Part shown: piece by piece, positions 47,692-64,000 of the stretch
How the letters are laid out: each line of letters opens with the position of its first letter
Position numbering within the stretch: position 1 is the stretch's first letter
Assembly (NCBI RefSeq): GCF_009914755.1
Contig: NC_060925.1
From: the human T2T-CHM13v2.0 reference genome, Homo sapiens
Strand: one strand, 5' to 3'
Length of the DNA: 64,000 nucleotides
Position numbers and translations under genes: made by a program
Notes under the pieces: model-generated
What the model was told of the DNA's origin: nothing
Seen by the model: the letters and a program-made list of their open reading frames with translations, nothing else
The model's database searches: none

Positions 47692-47804
47692 CACAATCTT
47701 TCCTCTTCATGGGTGAGGAGAGCACTGGAAGGGCCTAGAGGCAGTGCGAGGACGTGCAGCAGCTCACCGCGGTCCCTCCCTCTATCCGCTTCTCCAGGGG
47801 CCTG

Positions 47805-60297
<12,493 letters not shown>

Positions 60298-60670
60298 GCC
60301 GGCCCAGCAAGATGAAACAGGGCACCCCAGCTGCCCTGGTACTGAGGTTGGGCTGAGACCCTGCTTCTCTTCCCCCATCACCACCTGCCCCTCCCTCCAG
60401 TCCAGCTCCATTCTTTGGCATAACAGGCAACTTTAACCTAGCCCAGAAGAGGATGGCTCATCCTGGTTGGGACGATGGCTCCTGCCTTGAGAGACAAAAA
60501 TCCCACCTTGGGCAGAGCTGAGTGTGAGAAGATGGAAAACCAGTATCTGCCAGGTGCTCAGTGACTGGCCATCACATTAATGAATGATGAGATTGGAGTA
60601 CACTGTCACCAAGGGCAGGCACAGATGGCTTCTGGGGTTGTCTGGTTCCCAGTGAGAGGCTCCTGAGAAA

Positions 60671-60676
60671 AATAAA
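60671..60676 (+). terminator. CLCNKB: CLCNKB polyadenylation signal
   Basis: AATAAA; convergent FAM131C ATTAAA at 61169-61174 (-). Confidence 0.8.
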
Positions 60677-61817
60677 GCTGGTTCCCAGAGCTGCTGTCCA
60701 TCCCTCATCTCAGCTGCAAGGTTGCTGGTCTGGGACTGGAGCTCCTTACCTGCGCTGGCCCAGAGTGAGTTTCCCGTGGTCACGTGGGCACTGCAGGCTC
60801 GGGCCCCTGGGCTCCTCCTCATGCTCCATTTCTTGGCAGGGAGATGCCAGGGAGAGAGGGTCTCCCACCAGGTCTATGATGCTTGTCCTCATGGATAAGC
60901 AGGACCCTGTGTTGCTCAAGCCCTAGTCTCCTGCTTGGCTGGGCCACAGCTCATAAAGCCAGGACCCAAGTGTGGCTCCTTGGGGAGTCCACAGAGCCTT
61001 AGGCATCCTCCATGGGCCCTCTCTGGCTGGGTGGGAGCAGGTTGACCAGCTGTGTGAGCATTGGCAGTAGGGACCTTCCCTGACTCCCTCCGGACTCTGT
61101 CCAGGGGCCCAAGGTCACATCTTCCCCAGCAGAGACCAGGCCAAGGTCATCCAGGGTGAATCCACCACTTTAATGTCCTCAGAGAACCTTGAGTGAGATG
61201 GGAGGGAGCCGCAAGGAGGGGGAGTGGGCTCCCAGGGGCGAGGAGCAGGGGACACGGAGGAAGCAGGTTCAGAGAGGGAGGGACAGACAGACAGACACTC
61301 CAGAGAGACAGATGTCCTGGGTGAAGAGAGCCGGGGAGCAGGTGCTTAGCTACCAGAAGTGGTCACCCCACCTTTGCTGGGGGGAAGACACAAGGAGGGA
61401 GTTGGGAGGGACTGAACCCCAGGTACAGGCAGGGTTCCCAGACCCCACTGTAAGTGGGTCTCAGTTCTCTCCATGGCTGTCCTCCTGGGGGCCTGGCTGT
61501 TGCTCCTCTGGGCCAGGCTGCCCTGGTGTCTCTGAGAGTCCTTGAGTTCCCTGAGGGCAGACACCCTGCAGGGGAAGGTGCCCACCTGAGTGAAGTAATG
61601 AAGGGGGAGGGGGTTATGGCTCCCACTGCTGGGGCAGGTCCACCGAGGCACAGAGAGGCCACCATGAGCGCTGGCCCCATCCCTGCCGCACCTACCCTGT
61701 GCCTACCCGAGGGGTCAAGGGATGCCCTGCCCTGGACCCCGGGGTCCAGATATGCCTGGGCTGCCCACCAGGCGAGGTCATGGTGAGAGCAGGTGCTGGA
61801 CCAGCACAGCCCCCACC

Positions 61818-63436
61818 TCAGTTATAGAACACCTCGTCCTCCTCCCAGAGGGAGCCGCTGTCCATGGAGGGGAGGGAGCCCGGGGGGTGGGTCCCACCCT
61901 CGGGTCCTTGGGCCCCGGGCAGCCGCCGCCGATGCTGCAGCTCTGGGCTGGGGGGCTGCGGGATGCCAGCGGTGCTGGGGGGCTCCTCAGGTGAGGGACA
62001 GCTGTCAGGGGAGGGGCTGGGCGAGGAGAAGGCCTGAAGGCTGTCATCCTGTGAGGGGCCACTGGGAAGGCTGTCCTGAAGGTAGATGCTCTCCAGATCT
62101 GGAAAAGCAAGGGGGTGATGGGGGAATGGCGTCCCGGATCCAGCTCCTCGCCCTCCCTCTCTGGGGGTGTGAGAAAGGGCAAGGGGCAGAAGACCTGCCT
62201 CCAAATCCAGCTGTGTGACTGCCGAGCCTTGTGACCTTGGTCAAGTCACCAAAACTCTGAGCCCCAGCTTTCTCCTCCAGGCAGTAAACGGAGGAGTTAA
62301 GAGTGGGCTTGGAGCCAGCCTGTGCTCTCTGAGAACTGGGACAACCAGTGCTCCTCTGGGCCTCTGTCCCCTCCCCGTCCCTCTTGGGGCAGGAGGACTA
62401 AGTGCAGGCTTCCCCCAGGGCCAAGGCTCCTTGAAGCCCTCAGTAGTAACCTGGGCTTCTAGAAAGGTGGTTGCTCGTGCCTGGTGCTAAGTTTCAGATC
62501 CGGCTCTGACGCTTCTAGCTGTCATTTGGAGTAAGTTTCTGAACGTCTGAGTGCCTCTGTTTCCTTATTTGTAAAATGGGGACAACAGGACCCACTCCCT
62601 AGGGCTGCTGTGAGGATTCTGTGAGGTGCTCGTGCACAGCCCTCGGTGTGGTAAGCGCTCGATTCCCGCCCCCACTGTGCTCACTGTCTCCTTCCTGCTC
62701 CTGACACTGCCGGGCAATGGGCAAGGCAAGGATCACTGCCCCATTTTGCAGATGAAGAAACTTAGGCTGAGAAAAGGAAGGGGCTTGGCCGAGGTCACAC
62801 TGCCTTTGGTGATGGGCAGCCATCCAGAATCAGCTCCACTCTGCCCACCCCCGCCCCCTGGACCCTCTAGGCTGTACCTTGGAGCTGGACGATGCCCTGG
62901 GGGCTGTTCTCGGGGTGCAGCTCCTCTTCGTCCAGCGAGGACCAAGCGCTCAGTGTGGCCTCTGTGATGGCAAACTGCTCGGCGACCCCTGGGGGAACAG
63001 CGAGATCCAGCTCAGGGGGGCATGGGTGGGGACGGCCTCAGTGCCTGATGGAGCTGCTCCAGGACAGGCGGGAGGGTGGCCACCTCTCTGGGCTGCCAAT
63101 CCACACCCCAGTGGTCAAGAGTGCTCACTTAATACCCACCCACCCTATGCCATTATTTTTTCCTGCCCAGACAATGCCCATGCAGTGATCTGGGCCCCCC
63201 AAGGACCCAGCTTCACCCCCACAGAGCCCTGGCCAGTCCCCCTCCTCGCTGACCTGCAGCAAAGCGGGCCTCACGCAGCTCATCCGGGAGGCAGCAGTAA
63301 TGCTCATCCTCAGCTGGGGACAGCTCCCAGCCTGCCCGCTGGGCACTCCAGCCCTTCCACTCGATGAGGTGGGCCACGCGGCCTCGGGCCATGGCCGTGG
63401 GCTTTGTGATGTGGTCCTTGATGCTCTGCACCACCC
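61818..63436 (-). CDS. FAM131C: FAM131C, last three coding exons (5' part outside the window)
   Basis: Exons 63436-63254 ([30 protein letters not shown]...REARFAA, 183 nt), 62988-62878 (GVAEQFAITEATLSAWSS..., 111 nt), 62098-61818 (DLESIYLQ...EVFYN*); frame intact. Confidence 0.93.
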
Positions 63437-64000
63437 CTGGGGCATGGAGGGCATCTGGGTGACTGTCCTGACACAAGGCTCAGCGCAGGGCCTGGCCCCC
63501 ATGCCTCAGGCCCACCCAGTGGCCTGTACCCCACATTCCCTCAGTGCACCATGATCTCCATCAGTGCCCCACACCTCCCCAGGGACCTGTACCCATCTAA
63601 CTCCTCACGCCCTCCAAAGCCTCCTGCTCACTCCTGCCCTGAGCCCTCCGAGCTCTGTGGCCCCCTTCCCTTAATGCCCCCACCCACTGGCATCCACATT
63701 TCCTCCCAGCATCCTACTCCCAGTCCATGTTCCCACCCACTGGATGCTTCTTCCCCAGATCGGCCACACCCCTCACTCCCTTTCTGACCAAGTTCAGACC
63801 CTTCCATCCAAGGAGATCCACCCAAGGACCACTCATGAGCCCCCAGCTTTCTCCATGATCCATTAAACACATTCTGAGAGAGCATCTCTGTGGCCTGCCA
63901 GCTCTGCTGGAGGTGAGACCTGGGTGGGTGGAGCAGGCAGGGAAGGCTTCCTGGAAGAGGGGACCTGGGATTGGAATTTGAAGGTGGGTTGGGTTTGAAC

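Noticed and set aside
60676-61169. Possible sense-antisense overlap of the CLCNKB and FAM131C 3' ends
   Set aside because: Convergent poly(A) signals are ~490 bp apart, so mature transcripts would not overlap

Overview
Human (primate) genomic DNA, recognisable from translated exons as the 1p36.13 cluster SRARP(+) - HSPB7(-) - CLCNKA(+) - a truncated, frameshifted FAM131C copy(-) - CLCNKB(+) - the 3' half of FAM131C(-). All coding exons of SRARP (169 aa), HSPB7 (170 aa), CLCNKA (687 aa) and CLCNKB (687 aa) were traced by hand, with consistent splice phases. Most short ORFs in the track are Alu or GC-rich noise. From ~23.75 kb onward the window is a ~22-23 kb tandem duplication with patchwork identity, consistent with an old duplication homogenised by gene conversion. 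The most unusual signal is a set of four short (77-130 bp) insertions, each copied from unique sequence 1.7-9.8 kb away in this window. They are an Alu-Alu junction copy inside an inverted duplication, CLCNKA intron 4 into intron 2, an inverted CLCNK 3'UTR copy in CLCNKA intron 15, and FAM131C intron 5 into CLCNKB intron 10. None has a poly(A) tail, so they look like template-switch or repair patches. The inverted one makes the CLCNKA pre-mRNA self-complementary. Also noted: a GC-AG first intron, MEF2 sites and a phased E-box array at HSPB7, and a CLCNKB-only internal ATG and 1.3-kb intron block. I see no evidence of a new protein-coding system; the novelty is structural and its function is untested. 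All identities are hand-aligned estimates.
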